A program made the translations under genes and the position numbers. This document shows positions 1 through 14,009 of a stretch of 64,000 bases of DNA, one piece after another. Under the pieces are notes generated by a model. The model did no database searches and was not told where the DNA came from. It saw only the letters and a list, made by a program, of their open reading frames with translations. Location: contig NC_042998.1 of NCBI RefSeq assembly GCF_006345805.1, forward strand, positions 136,462,001 through 136,526,000. Reading direction: 5' to 3'. This DNA comes from Octopus sinensis. Taxonomy: Eukaryota. Numbering within the stretch: the stretch's first letter is position 1; each line of letters opens with the position of its first letter.

Positions 1-321
1 GTTCATAGTATATGGCTTAGACTAGCTTGCAGTGACTATCAAAAGAAATTTACTTTTAATCGTTGCAAAAGTGTTTTGTCTTGGAACAGCAATATCTCGA
101 TCATAGGTTGCATATTGTGAACAGAACAGTACTGCTCCAACAAAATATAGGCAATGAACTAGGATCCTTTGTACCTCCTGAATATGGATATAGGGAAAAA
201 AAAAAAAAGAATGTGTGTCTGTTTTGCTAAAAGGAAAGTATTATGTAAATGGACTAAATATGAACTTGGTGGTGAATTCCAATTACTATTGAATTTTGAG
301 ATGTATACACACACACACGCA

Positions 322-353
<32 letters not shown>

Positions 354-1732
354 GTACTCACTGTATTTGATGACACATAAGATGCACTGTTCCAAAAATA
401 TGTCTTGAAAAAAAACACCCTAGGTCCTTATGCAAGAGTGAGCCTCCCATAAGCTAATTTCACCCTTGACCCTCACTTTTTTTTTAATATGTGCTGCTGA
501 AATTGGGGTGCCTCTTTTCTGCCATCAAATATGGTATATGATATGAAATAGAATAAACATTTATGATCAGATGTATGTTATCATAAATGTTTGTTTGCCA
601 AATATTTGCAGTAAGGACATATGATTCTTTTCTAATTGAACCTCTAAACATTGTTAAATCTTTGATTCTTGATCATTTATCTAAATATCTAATTGTCCAT
701 TAACCTGTGCCATTATATTTTCCCATCATGCATCTCATCTATGTCATAATTGTTCTCTCATATTGCTCATTACAGATAAAATTTTACTGCATAATCTCAT
801 TTGCTAATTTTTTGACTAATATGTCACTGTCCAGCTCTTAAACCTCTTAGTTAATGAATACTAAACGACCTGCAACTTTAAAAAATTCCTTTTGTATATT
901 ACTGTTTTTCCTGTCTCAGAATTGATCTCTACTGCTGACATATTTGTTCCAGCAAAGATAACTTTCATTCATCAGTATTCCTTGTCCTTCAATCTCTGTG
1001 ATACTTCTATCTTTCCATTGTTAACGAAGGCAAGTGGATCTAAATATTTTCCAATAAACTCCCAGTGACACTCATAATACTAGGTATTTCATATCTCAAT
1101 TACATCAAACATTGTCAAAACTTTTTTGTTGTCTTTATTTTATATTTAATTTCTTGCCAACCTTTTTTCTCATTCCTTAACTGACCCATCGCCATCCAAA
1201 AACTGATCAGAGATTTACAGCCAGACATCTCTAAGAATCATTCAGCTGCATTATATATATTCTCTAATTCTTTATCATTTAATGTTCATCTGTACTTTAT
1301 GCTTAAGACTCTGTTTATGTTAAATTTGACTTTACTGCATTCGTGAAAACTGCATCACCCTAGGATAATCTTTGTATTTCATAATTCTTTGTTGCTCTGG
1401 TCAGGACAAAATGCATGTGGAATGTGACCAGCTGGCTGGCTGGGTTCCTGCGTTTTGTTTTATAATGGTAAAATTTGTTATACCAAAAGTTATAGTTTCA
1501 TTGCATTCCTGACACAAGGAGGAGCCATGATAACATTGGTTGTGGTCATGTTTGGAGAGTTCTTACTAGTGTATTATGACTCAAATCCTTGTCTGTTAAT
1601 CTTACTTGTGGGTGGATGAGGTAGTGGCTATTATACTGTTAATAATGCAATTCTATCATTTCATTAACTATCTCTATTAGAGTACAGTATGATTATTATG
1701 GTACCATAATAATCATACTGTTATTTTCCCAG

Positions 1733-1865
1733 ATTTACATAAGAGTGAATTTTTTGAAGCTGTAATTCTATTAATTACGAGCTTTCATGACACTCAAACA
1801 ATTTCACTTCAGACTGATTGTTTTTCTGAATGGACCAGTTGCTATGATGAATGGAACATTGGTAG
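1733..1865 (+). CDS. Candidate isolated internal exon of an unidentified gene
   Basis: Acceptor ttattttcccag at 1721-1732; open frame (D)LHKSEFFEAVILLITSFHDTQTISLQTDCFSEWTSCYDEWNIG; possible donors gtaggt (1862) or gtaagg (1866); lies in a CpG-poor segment. No recognisable homology. Confidence 0.25.
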
Positions 1866-2614
1866 GTAAGGGTGGGAGAAATTTGAGACAGGAATAGAGA
1901 ACAGTAATATTAAATTTCTTCAACGAATGGTGGAACATGAACTTATACATGATTGGAAAATACTATTTATTAATGATGTTACTTGTGTATGTCATAAAAT
2001 GAAAAATATAAAGTATTCATAAATAAATAATGGCGTTTGTGTATTTTTGTGTAAGTGTGGAAGGAGTGAAACAATCAAATCTAAATGAATGGAATACATT
2101 TTTATGAGCTCACAGAAAATGTTTTATCTTTATTCTTTTCTATTGCTTCCCTCAGTGACTGTGGATAATGACTTCAGAATATTTATTCTCATGCATTTGT
2201 CTATGTGTGCCTATAACAAGTAATGAGATTTTGGGGAAAAAACAAAATCCTGTGCATTGTTCCTACTTGTATACGAGTTGATGCTCACGTTTTGCAGTCG
2301 GCAGAACAACAAATTATGTGCTCAAGTAATTAATGTGAACAAAATGTAGTGCCTATAGTGATAATTATGCTAATTACGCAGTTAGTATTCATGTAATTTT
2401 GTTACAGGAAGGAAAAACTTGCACAAAATTTTTGCTGAGACTACTAAAAATTAGAGGGAAAATTGCGTCTGATGTGTTGGATGTGTGTTTAGTCAGATAT
2501 AATTGTTTGGGAGGTTATGTTGAAGTGGATTTAGGAAATGGAAGATGCGAAAATTTAACAGACATGTTGAATGGAGAAAGTAGAGCAAAATCAGTATGGT
2601 GGCTGAAAGACCTT

Positions 2615-3033
2615 TGTAACGTGAAAGGATCTATTATCGAAGCACTGGAAGGGTGTCGAGATCCTTTCTAGTCACATATAAAATTCTTCCAGAAAACAAT
2701 ACAGACGAACTCAGGTTAAAAGGGTGAACAGACAGTAGTTTGGTTTATTGATTTCAGTGTAGTACGTTGTCTGGTGGGGGAAAGACAGCCTCTGATATAC
2801 TGCTTCGTGTTGGTCGTTGAAGTTGGTTGAAGTCGGTTGCTGGTCGTGTGGCGGTCAGAGCCGAGAATTCGTGACCGATCGCAATGCTGTCTTAGCCGAA
2901 GAGAGAGATTTGAGGTTCGCGGGCTCGAGGGACGTTTTCCCGCTAATGCGCATGGGGAAGACTTCCGGTAGCCACCCGGAAGTAGTCCCATTCTGCGCAT
3001 GCGCGCCGAACCCTACACAGTAGCATCACTACA
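2615..3033 (-). repeat. 3' LTR (~419 bp) of the Gypsy element
   Basis: Minus strand starts TGTAGTG and ends GTTACA (TG..CA); preceded by polypurine tract GGAGGGGAGCCC (3045-3034); AATAAA near 2749-2744. Confidence 0.85.
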
Positions 3034-3162
3034 GGGCTCCCCTCCGAGTGCGAAGTACGGCAACAAGAATCTTGTGGTGGTGCTGCAGAAAACAGAAGGC
3101 TTGCCGATCCCCCAGAAGACTTGGTACATGATATCATACAACGAAAAAAATTTTAAAGAAAG

Positions 3163-4482
3163 TTAAATGTAGATTGTTTTTGAAAGTTTCTTGGGCCAAT
3201 GCACTGTTCTGCCCGATTTTGTAACATACGGTGTGCTCGGGGCACCCGTTGACGGCGAGGGTGGTGTTGTAGGAGCCGGTGAAGGCAAAGGCGTCTGTGC
3301 AGGTGAAGGTGTTTGTGCAGGTGAAGGCGTTTGTGCAGGTGAAAGTGTTGTTAAAGGTGCATAGGTGGGTGTGTCAAGGTTGTCATCAAAAGATGAAGAC
3401 GTCTCAAAATGTGCCTTTTTTAAACGGTCCACGGAAACGGTCTCCGAACGACCATTTATCTCAATCGTGAAAACCTTTGGTGTGCGAGAAAGCACACGAA
3501 AAGGTCCTTTATAGGGAGAAACAAGTGGGCCCTTCACAGAATCGTCCCGAACAAAAACATGCGACCAGGTGTTCATATCCGGTGGAAGATGGGACGGTGG
3601 AGATTGCTTTCTGGGAACCATGGGCGGAAGGTTCGAAAAATATGCCCGCAGTCTGGTGACATAGGTCGCCGGATCATGGGGCTGGGAAGTGTCTGGCACC
3701 AACATCGTACCGGGCAATGCCAGTGTGGTACCATACAGCAGCTCTGCAGCAGAAAACCCCAGGTCTGCCTTGACAGCAGTCCGACAGCCGAGAAGCACAA
3801 TGGGCAGAAATTCGATCCAGGACTGTGGGTCTGAAGAGGCACGAAGAGCGGCCTTGAGCTGTCTATGGAACCGCTCAACCAATCCATTAGACGCTGGATG
3901 GCAGCTTGTGGTGTGGATATGGTGCATACCCAAAATTCGCGACAATTCGCGAAATAGCGAGGCCTCAAACTGTCGTCCACGATCAGTTGTCAATCGGGAC
4001 GGGACTCCGAAGCGAGAAATCCAGTTTGAAACGAAAGCTCGCGCAACAGTCTCAGCAGAAATGTCTGCTATCGGAATGGCTTCTGGCCAGCGGGAGAAGC
4101 GATCGACACATGGTCCAACCAGATCGATGTGGACATGGCGAAAACGGGCCTCCGTGGGGGGAAATTGTCCAAGCGGGGCACGAATGTGCCGTTGAATCTT
4201 GGATCGTTGACACTTGGAGCAGGTGCGTGTCCAAGAAGTAATTGTGCGACGCATATTCGGCCAGAAAAACCGAGCAGTGATTAGTTTGAGGGTGGCAGCG
4301 ATGCCAGGATGTGATAAGGAGTGCAGTGCTTCAAACACTGAGCGTTGATGGTTCTCAGGCACCAGTGGCCTGGGAGATCCAGTGGAAGTGTCACAAAGAA
4401 TGGTGCCTTCGGCTGACGGAAGCGGAAGGCAGGAAAACTGGCAACAGGAGAACTTGGGAGAAGTTAAATCTAACGACGCCAA
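3163..4482 (-). pseudogene. Gypsy integrase region with a Pro-rich tail
   Basis: 439-aa ORF; DLVGP is joined directly to [11 protein letters not shown], so roughly 12 aa usually found there appear deleted; GPY/F-type motif PYKGPF; C-terminal (SPAQTP)x3. Confidence 0.9.
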
Positions 4483-4508
4483 AGGTGGCTGCTCCTGCGA
4501 TATGGCAG

Positions 4509-5900
4509 CTAAGTCGATAGCAGCAGGAGACGAAAGGGCGCAAACTGGAAGGCGAGAGAGAGCGTCAGCAGGAACGTTCTCTTTTCCAGGTATGTGTCGA
4601 ATGTTGCTAGTGAATTGAGAGATAAAATCCAGGTGCCGAAAAGCACGGGGTGAGAGTTTGTCGTTTTTGAAAACAGGGCAAACGTAAGGGGCTTGTGATC
4701 CGTATAGATCACAAAATCTCGCCCTTCAAGTTGATGCTGGAAATGACGAACCGATAGATAGATCGTTAGGAGCTCACGATCAAAGGTGCTGTATCGTCGT
4801 TCAGCTGGTTGCAGTTGACGGGAAAAGAAGGCTAGAGGTCGAACATGATCATCCACTGTGTGTTGTAACACAGCGCCAATCGCAGTGTCCGATGCGTCCA
4901 CAGTCAAAGAGAGAAAAGCACCAGGAACTGGATGTGCAAGCAAAGAAACAGAAGCCAGCTCCTTCTTAATGGACTCAAAGGCTGTCACTGCCTCAACAGA
5001 GAGGGTGACTTGACTGTCCTTTCTAGGAGAGTCCTTTAACAGCCTGGTGAGAGGTAGCAGCTTATCTGCACAACCGGTAGAAATTGATCATCCCTAGATA
5101 ATGCCTGAGCTGGCGCAAAGAAGTGGGGGGTGCGATGCGTTGAATGGCATCGACTTTTGACGAGAGGGGGCTGATTCCAGTCGAATCAATATGATGCCCT
5201 AGAAAATCTAGGGAAGAGCGTCCGAAAACACACTTGTCGGGATTTATGCGTATACTATACGCGCGAAGACGCTGGAAGAGTTGAGAAAGGTGCCGGAGAT
5301 GATTTTCTCGTGTGTCGCTCGCAATGAGTATGTCATCGACATAGGCAAACACAAAATCAAGACCGCGGACAACCTCGTCAATGAAACGCTGGAAGGTGCT
5401 AGTAGCATTCCGCAAACCGAAACTCATGTACAAAAACTCAAAACACCCAAACGGGGTAGTGATCGCAGTTTTTGGAACGTCGGCTGGGTTGACCGGTATT
5501 TGGTGGTAAGCGCGTATCAGATCGACTTTCCAAAAAATGGTACAACCATGGAGATTTGCCGTAAAGTCCCAGAGATTTCTAATCGGGTAGCGGTCGGCTA
5601 TTGTGACGGCATTGAGGCGTCGATAGTCTCCAACCGGGCGAAAATCAGACTCGCCCTTTCGCGCCAAATGAAGGGGAGATGCCCAAGGGCTGGTGGAGGG
5701 GCGTATAAGGCCAAGTTGAAGCATGTGCTCAAACTCGGCTCTGGCCGTATTTAGTCGGTCTGGCGCTAGGCGCCGGGGGCGTGAGAATACAGGTGGCCCA
5801 GTGGTGGTGATGAAATGGAGGGTCGAGTGGGTAGGCTTTTCCGGTTTAAAGGCAATGTCCACTAGCTCCGGAAATGAAACCAAAAGAGACATGAAAAATG
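4509..5900 (-). pseudogene. Gypsy reverse transcriptase and RNase H, frameshifted
   Basis: ORFs 5062..6039 (RT) and 4509..4988 (RNase H) are in different frames, with breaks near 5070 and 4680. Confidence 0.9.
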
Positions 5901-6055
5901 TGCGTCTTATACACGAATGTCTATTGTATATAGGAATTAATAAACCTGATTGACACAATAGGTCTTTGTGTAAGCTTACAAAATTCTCCACAAACTGCAT
6001 GTATGTGAGTATATCTCTAATATTTGCACAGATATGCAAATGTGATTACTACATA

Positions 6056-6350
6056 TAGGCGTAGGTGCGATTGTGTGGTAAGAAGTTTGCTTCCCAAACA
6101 TATGGTTCCAGGTTCAATCCCACAGCACCTTGGGCAAGTGTCTTCTACTATAGCCCGTTGTGTGTGTTTGTGGCCTATCACCGCTTAACAACCGGTGTTG
6201 GTGTGGTTACGTCCCCGTGACTTAGCGGTTCGGCAAAAGCGACTAATCGAATAATTACCAGGTTTAAATGAGTACAGGGATCGATTCATTCGACTAAAAT
6301 CATTCAAGATGGCGCTCCAGCATGGCCGCAGTCTAATGACCGAAGCAAAA
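6056..6350 (+). mobile_element. Octopus-type tRNA-derived SINE
   Basis: Head aggcgtaggtgcgattgtgtggtaagaag..ggttcaatccca, body caccttgggcaagtgtcttctactatagcc, tail ccagcatggccgcagtc; many similar copies in the window. Confidence 0.8.
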
Positions 6351-6829
6351 AATTATCAAGACGAAGGGAATGTGCACACGATGGCTTATTTCGGCTTACG
6401 GTCTTCAAAATTTCAATCAAGGTATAGAAGACACTTGTCGACAGTGTCCATGCAGTGAGAACGAAACCTACGACCATTTGGTTCCGAAGCGAACTTCTTA
6501 ACTACACAGCCATGCTTGCGCCTTATAGCAAGTGTAAATTCATAGATTGTGTTGCTTTCAAAAGAAGTTGACTATAAATTTTGAATGAAATATTTTTATT
6601 CGTCGGAAGATGTCGTCTATATCTTTTCACATTCAATATGGAATGATTAATTCAAAACGGAATAATTCCATCAAAAACGAGAATAAATCCCTTCAAAATG
6701 AACATAAATAATTACAGTATTTTTTATTCTCATGTTGGATAGAATTATTCCATATCGAATGGAGTTATTCTCATACTGAATGTGAAATGGTATAGTGCAG
6801 GATTTCATTTCTGATTCAGTTTACTATAT

Positions 6830-7290
6830 AATCATCATTTAACGTCTGTTGCTTATGCTGGCATGGGTTGGACGATATGGCCAGAGCTAGTAAGCTGAAG
6901 GGCTGCACCAGATTCCAGTTTGGTTTGGATTCTACGACTGGATGCCCTTTGTAATGCTAACTACTCCGAGAGTGTAATGGGTGTCAGTTGTGTGACACAA
7001 GTATCTGCCACGATTACAATTTCACTTGACTTGATGGGTCTTCTTCTCAAGCATGGCATATTGTCAAAGGTTTCGGTCTTTAGTAATTGCCTCCGCGAAG
7101 CCCAACGCTCGAAAGGTGCTTTTTACGTGCACTATCATCGGCCACATTGCCCCCGTGAAGCCCAACGTTCGAAAGGTGCTTTTTACGTGCCAGTTACGTG
7201 ACACTGGCATCGACCACAACTACGATTTCACTTGGCTTGACGAGTCTTTTCAAGCACGGTATTTCGCCAAAGGTCTCGGTCACTAGTAAT
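6830..7290. mobile_element. LINE/SINE 3'-tail-type repeat with internal duplications
   Basis: Starts atcatcatttaacgtc..atgctggcatgggttggacg; two copies each of cgaaaggtgctttttacgtgc and atttcacttg.cttga. Confidence 0.5.
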
Positions 7291-7545
7291 TTCAGATACT
7301 TGTATATTTTAGTGGAAAGTTTATTGCGAATGTTTTACCAATTCTCCTTATATGGGATAGTGTGAATATACATGGCTATGTGGTTAAGAAAACTGCTTTG
7401 CAACCATGCAGTTTCGGGTTCAGTCCCACCGCATAACATCTTGGGCATGGATCGTCTACAATAGTTCGGGCCGACCAATGCATTGTGTGGAGTTTGATAG
7501 GTAGAAACTGAAAACCCATCGTGTGTATGTATATATATATATATA

Positions 7546-7968
7546 CTAGCGGTATAGCCCGGCGTTGCTCGGGCTTGTATTTTAGTTGCGCTTAAAACGG
7601 TAGACTTTGATGTCGCGTTAACAAATTTTTGACATAATTTCAATCTTTTTGAAAAGTAAAAATTTTGCATTATGTAGCTTGTTATTCTCTTTAAGTGAAC
7701 ATTTTTCTGGTTGAAATACACTGAAAAATGGCGACACAGCAGTAAAAAAATAGGGATTTTCATAGAAAAAAGGCACCTTTCTGATGTAAATAATTTTTGG
7801 TCTTAACATGGTACGATTTGAATTTTTTCTTCTACGGAATGAAGAGCAAGCCTTCTATAATACTCACGAATTTGGTCAACTTGCGCCGCAGGGTCTCGGA
7901 GGAGATAGTGTTAGTTGAAGGCTACCAAACCTGCCACACACACGGAGACAACTTCAGCTTTATACATA
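7546..7968 (-). mobile_element. Non-autonomous Helitron
   Basis: Minus-strand 3' end has hairpin gcccgagcaacgccgggc followed by CTAG; 5' end TATAAAGCTGAAGTT next to (TA)n; the same 3' end occurs at 63947. Confidence 0.7.
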
Positions 7969-8301
7969 TATATATATATGTAACATTTTAGTGTTATTTC
8001 TAGAGATTTTCTACAGAAACTAGAGCTGAAAGTTACGACATTTCGTTCGCGAATATGTCTTTGTAAACAATGCAATCGAAGATAGAAAAATAGGTAATGG
8101 GTGTATATGCATATCTCAAGAGTTGTTGATCCCTCTTCAGCACCACAGCCAATCCATTGAACATCCGCGAACATATTGATGAATTGCCTACAAATATAGC
8201 AGTATAACACAGCTGGATATACCAATTTTACATATCAAACACATTCCTGGTAATTTGTACCTAATTATTAACATTACTAGTAGGGACACTGCATTTCGTT
8301 A

Positions 8302-8365
<64 letters not shown>

Positions 8366-8376
8366 ATATATATATA

Positions 8377-8594
8377 TTTATTTATTATATAGAAGGAGCT
8401 TCTACAGGACTAGAACTGTTTCATTCAGAGAAAATCTTCAGGAAGCTAGTTAACAAGAATTGTATTGGCATTTATACATTTAGGCAGGTTTAAAGGGGTG
8501 TTGGTGGGGACTTTTTTGGGGGTAGGCATAGCGCAAAAAATCATACTTGGGGGAGTGGTCAAGGAGTCAGTGTTAAATTAGATAGGAGAATAAT

Positions 8595-8655
<61 letters not shown>

Positions 8656-8988
8656 AAATAAAAAATAAAAAATAAAAAAATATATAACAAAATCTCAGAA
8701 CACTCCCCAAATTGTATGCATATGAAGTATGCGAACTACAAGAACTATAGACCTACCCGGCAACCAGATTGATGACACCCCACCCACAAACCCCCCCCAA
8801 TCCCACCGTTCCCCTAGCACCCCCGATTACCTTTTCTCCTAAGACCTTTCACATATTGTATGTGCACGCTTGTAGATGTGTATCGTATATATGTATAGAA
8901 ATGTATGGGTATAGTAGGATTATACGCATGTATTATGTGTGTGTGTGCGTGTATGTATGTAAAAAAAAAAAAAAAAAAAAAATATATA

Positions 8989-9058
<70 letters not shown>

Positions 9059-9273
9059 GTATGTGCGTGTGTGTGTGTGTGTGTGTATATATGTATAGAT
9101 GTATGTATGTATATATGTATATTTGTGTGTATGCATATGTATGTGAATATGTATGTGTGTATGTATATATATGTGTGTAAGTGTGTGTATATATGTAAAT
9201 GTAAGTGTGTGTGCTTGTATGAGAATGTATGTATGTTTGCACACATGTGTATATATATGTGTGTGTATGTATA

Positions 9274-9309
<36 letters not shown>

Positions 9310-9577
9310 GTATATATGTATACATATGTATATATATGTATGTGTATGTATATGTGTATGTATATATATGTGTATGTGAGTGTGTGTGTATACATGTGTG
9401 TATGTGTGGTATGTATGTATATATATATGCGTGTGCATGGGTATATGTATATGTACATATGCGCGTACGCTCGTGTGTTTATGTATGTGTAGGTACGTAG
9501 AGTTATCTATGTGTGTATTTATATGTACATGTGTAGTATTATATATATGTATGTATGTGTATGTATATGTATGTGTA

Positions 9578-9621
<44 letters not shown>

Positions 9622-9738
9622 GTAGTATGTGTGTATGTGTATATGTAGGTGTATGTGTGTATGTATATATTTATATTTATATATGTGTGTGTGTATATAT
9701 GTATTATATGTGTGGTGTTGTATATATATATATATATG

Positions 9739-9779
<41 letters not shown>

Positions 9780-10093
9780 GTTGTATGTGTGTATGTGTAT
9801 ATGTAGGTGTATTGTTTATGTATATATTTATATTTTATTTATATATATATGTGTGTATATATGTATATATATATATGTATAATATATATATATATATCTA
9901 TGTGTGTAAGTTTATTATATGTATGTATCCGTCTATATAATAGGTAACTGCACGTACATATACTTAATATTTATTATTTTTTGAGTATGCATGTATGAAT
10001 AACTGCGTGTATATATATTTACTATTTACTTATTTTTTGAGTATGCTGTTTAGTATGAATATATATATGTTATATATGTATAGTATGTATGTG

Positions 10094-10147
<54 letters not shown>

Positions 10148-10308
10148 TATGTATGTATATAAGTACATGTATGTATTTGTATGTAGGTGTACATGTATGT
10201 GTGTGTATTTATATTTATTGGTGTATATGTATAGACTAGCCTTCTAAGAGTGTAGACATGAATCTGTAGGTACGCGTATATAATATATCTATATATATAT
10301 ATATATAA

Positions 10309-10339
<31 letters not shown>

Positions 10340-11213
10340 CTATATAATATGTACATGTATGTATTTGTATGTTAGGTGTACATGTATGTGTTGTATTATA
10401 TTTATTGGTGTATATGTATAGACTAGCCTTCTAAGAGTGTAGACATGAATCTGTAGGTACGCGTACGTATGTGTATATACGTGAATGTATGTAGATGTAC
10501 GTATGTATGAATATAACGCGTGCGTGCGTGTATGCGTATGAGTGTACGAATGAGTGAGTGTACGTGCTAATGATGTGCGTGAGTGAATGAGTAATTGTTT
10601 TCCAGTAGACGGATCAAATGGTCTGGCTGTCATAGCCAAGAGTTTTGTGACCAAGCGGCCAAAGATAACAAAAGTAATAAACAAAGATAATAAAATTAAA
10701 ATTAGGGAATGGGTCTGTATTTGTATATGTATATATATATATATGTGTGTATGTGTAGGTATGCATGGGTACACATATGTATATATATGTGTATATATAT
10801 ATAATATATATATTGTATGTATATATATATGTATGTGTATGTGTATGTATGTATATATATGTGTATGTATGTGTATGTGTGGGTGTAAATAATGTGTGTA
10901 TGTGTATATATGTGTATATAGGGACTAGTGTGCTTGTGTGCATGTGTGTGTATGGATTTGTGTGTGTATGCGTGTATGTGAGTATGTGTGTGTATGTGAT
11001 ATATATATATTTTTTTTTTCTGTGTGTATATGTATGTGTGGTCGTGTGTGTATATATACATGGTGTATACGTGTATGCAAGTGAGTGTGTGTATGTATAC
11101 ATATATATGTGTATGTGTAGATATGTATATGTATGTGTGAGTGGTATATATGTGTGTATGTGTAGAGGTATAAGTGAGAATCTCCTTATTTACCTAAAAC
11201 TCTATTCCCCCTT

Positions 11214-11261
<48 letters not shown>

Positions 11262-11308
11262 ATATTTTTTTTATTTTTATTTTTTTATATTTTTTTATAT
11301 ATTTTTTA

Positions 11309-11353
<45 letters not shown>

Positions 11354-11650
11354 ATTTTTATTTTTATTTTTCTCCTATCTAATTTAACACTGACTCCTGA
11401 CCACTTCCCCCAAGTATGATTTTTTGCGCTATGCCATACCCCCAAAAAGTCCCCCACCAACACCCCTTTAAACCTGCCTAAATGTATAAATGCCAATACA
11501 ATTCTTGTTAACTAGCTTCCTGAAGATTTTCTTGAATGAAACAGTTCTAGTCCTGTAGAAGCTCCTTCTATATAATAAATTAATTTTACTCTGCTATGTA
11601 TTGAATAACCTTATTTACTGTGGTTAACCCCGAATCAACTCGGGACCTAC
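8377..11650. mobile_element. Penelope-like non-autonomous element with inverted terminal arms and hammerhead-like motifs
   Basis: 8377-8590 is the reverse complement of ~11370-11580; each arm has CTGAAGA..GAAAC..GTC; interior is mostly TG/TA low complexity; flanked by (TA)n. Confidence 0.65.
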
Positions 11651-11671
11651 ATATATATATATATATATATA

Positions 11672-12959
11672 CGAGGGGCATTCAATAAGTAATGCCCCTG
11701 ACCCACTTCCTTAGCAGTAGAGCAACGAAACTTGGCGCAGTTATTAGTCTTTTTCTACATAGGAACCACCCAGAGTTACGCCTTTCTCTCATCGTTTGAT
11801 GCAGCTCTGGAGACCGTTTTTGTAGAAGACCCCACCTTGGGTCCTCCAACCACGACGTAACTTCCAGAACAAGGCTGCATCATCTGGGAAACGCTTTCCT
11901 TTCAAAACAACTTCATGGCTGCGAAGAGATGAAAATCAGAGGGTGCAAGGTCGGGAGAGTATGGGGATGGGGGAGGAGTTTCAATAGCCCGCACGCCTGT
12001 TCTTCTGATCTGGCGACACGCGAGTTGTTGACCGGAGCGTTGTCCTGCAGGAGGAGGATGCCTTTGCTTGATCTTGCCCCGCCTCTTGATTTTGATAGCT
12101 TCTCTTATTTCCTCAAAAGTGAAGCACTATAGGCTCCTGTAATTGTGGTACCCTTTGCCAGGAAATCTGTCATCATACTCCGTCCTGGTCCCAGAAGATT
12201 GTGAGCATGATCTTGCCAGTGGAGGGCTGCACCCTTGCCTTCTTGGAGGAGGTGAGTCACGGTGCTTCCACTGCATTGACTGGCTTTGGTTCTCTGGATC
12301 ATAGTGATGGACCCAGGTTTCATCCTGTTAATCATCTTTTGAAAAATTTTGGCTCATCTTCTTGGCACATCTCCATTCATCCTCGAGTATTCGACGCGTT
12401 CTTGCTTCTGGAAAGGTGTGAGCAACCTGGGAATCCATCTGGCAGACACCTTTTGCATATGCAAATAGTTCATGAATGATAGTTTCCACAGACCCGGTAC
12501 TAATCTTGACCTCATGGACTATTTGGCGAATAGTTATGCGTCGATCTTCCAAAATGGCAGCCTCAACTTGACGGACAGATACCTCATCAATGGCAGAAGT
12601 GTTGTGACCAGATCTGGGAGCTGTTTCCACAGAGTTCCGGCATGTTTGAATTCACACGATGCCAGCATTTTACAAGGTCATATGATGGGGCATCATCACC
12701 ATAAGTTACTTTCATTTCAGCAAAAGTCTCCCCGTGGTGTGCGTCCTTTCAATACAAAAACCGGATCACTGTTCGAGACACTCAACAGGCTCCATTTCAC
12801 ACTTGACTCAGTTCAAACACCTGTAAATCAGAAACCACAATTAGTTCAGAGCTGTAATTTGCCATTAATCTATAGAGATATCAATATTGCACATGCAAAA
12901 TTTCAGCTATTCCAAAAACTGCAAGTGGGCCAGAGGCATTACTTATGGAACGCCCCTCG
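11672..12959 (-). mobile_element. Mariner DNA transposon with a degenerate transposase
   Basis: TIRs cgaggggcattcaataagtaatgcc / ggcattacttatggaacgcccctcg, TA target; minus-strand fragments EDRRITIRQI, WIPRLL, DETWVHHYDPE. Confidence 0.9.
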
Positions 12960-12964
12960 TATAT

Positions 12965-13660
<696 letters not shown>

Positions 13661-13902
13661 TTTATTAATTTACTTGTTTCAGTCATTTGACTGCGATACT
13701 CGAGCACCGCCTTTAGTCGAACAAATCGACCCCAGGACTTATTCTTTGTAAGCCTTGTACTTTCCTATTGGTCTCTTTTGCCGAACCACTAAGTTACGGG
13801 GACGTAAACACACCAACATCGGTTGTCAAGCGATGGTGGTGGTGGTGGTGGTAGTGGGGACAAGCACAGACACATACATAAATATATACGTACATGCATA
13901 CA

Positions 13903-13936
<34 letters not shown>

Positions 13937-14009
13937 CATATATATACATATATATTATAATATATATATATACATATATATATGTATATATATATATATA
14001 TATATATGT

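Larger units (their letters stand above)
2615..5900 (-). mobile_element. Ty3/Gypsy LTR retrotransposon, 5'-truncated (RT-RNaseH-integrase plus 3' LTR; gag, protease and 5' LTR absent)
   Basis: Pol order RT>RH>IN on the minus strand; RT motifs SPWASP, DYRRLN, YVDDIL; RNase [19 protein letters not shown]; integrase HHCC-like region and DDE ([13 protein letters not shown]). Confidence 0.95.

Noticed and set aside
6056-6125. tRNA gene
   Set aside because: The A/B-box-like heads belong to SINEs; there is no full cloverleaf.
8769-11382. Many long ORFs rich in YI/CV/HT
   Set aside because: Translations of TA/TG/CA microsatellites; the same applies to similar ORFs throughout the window.
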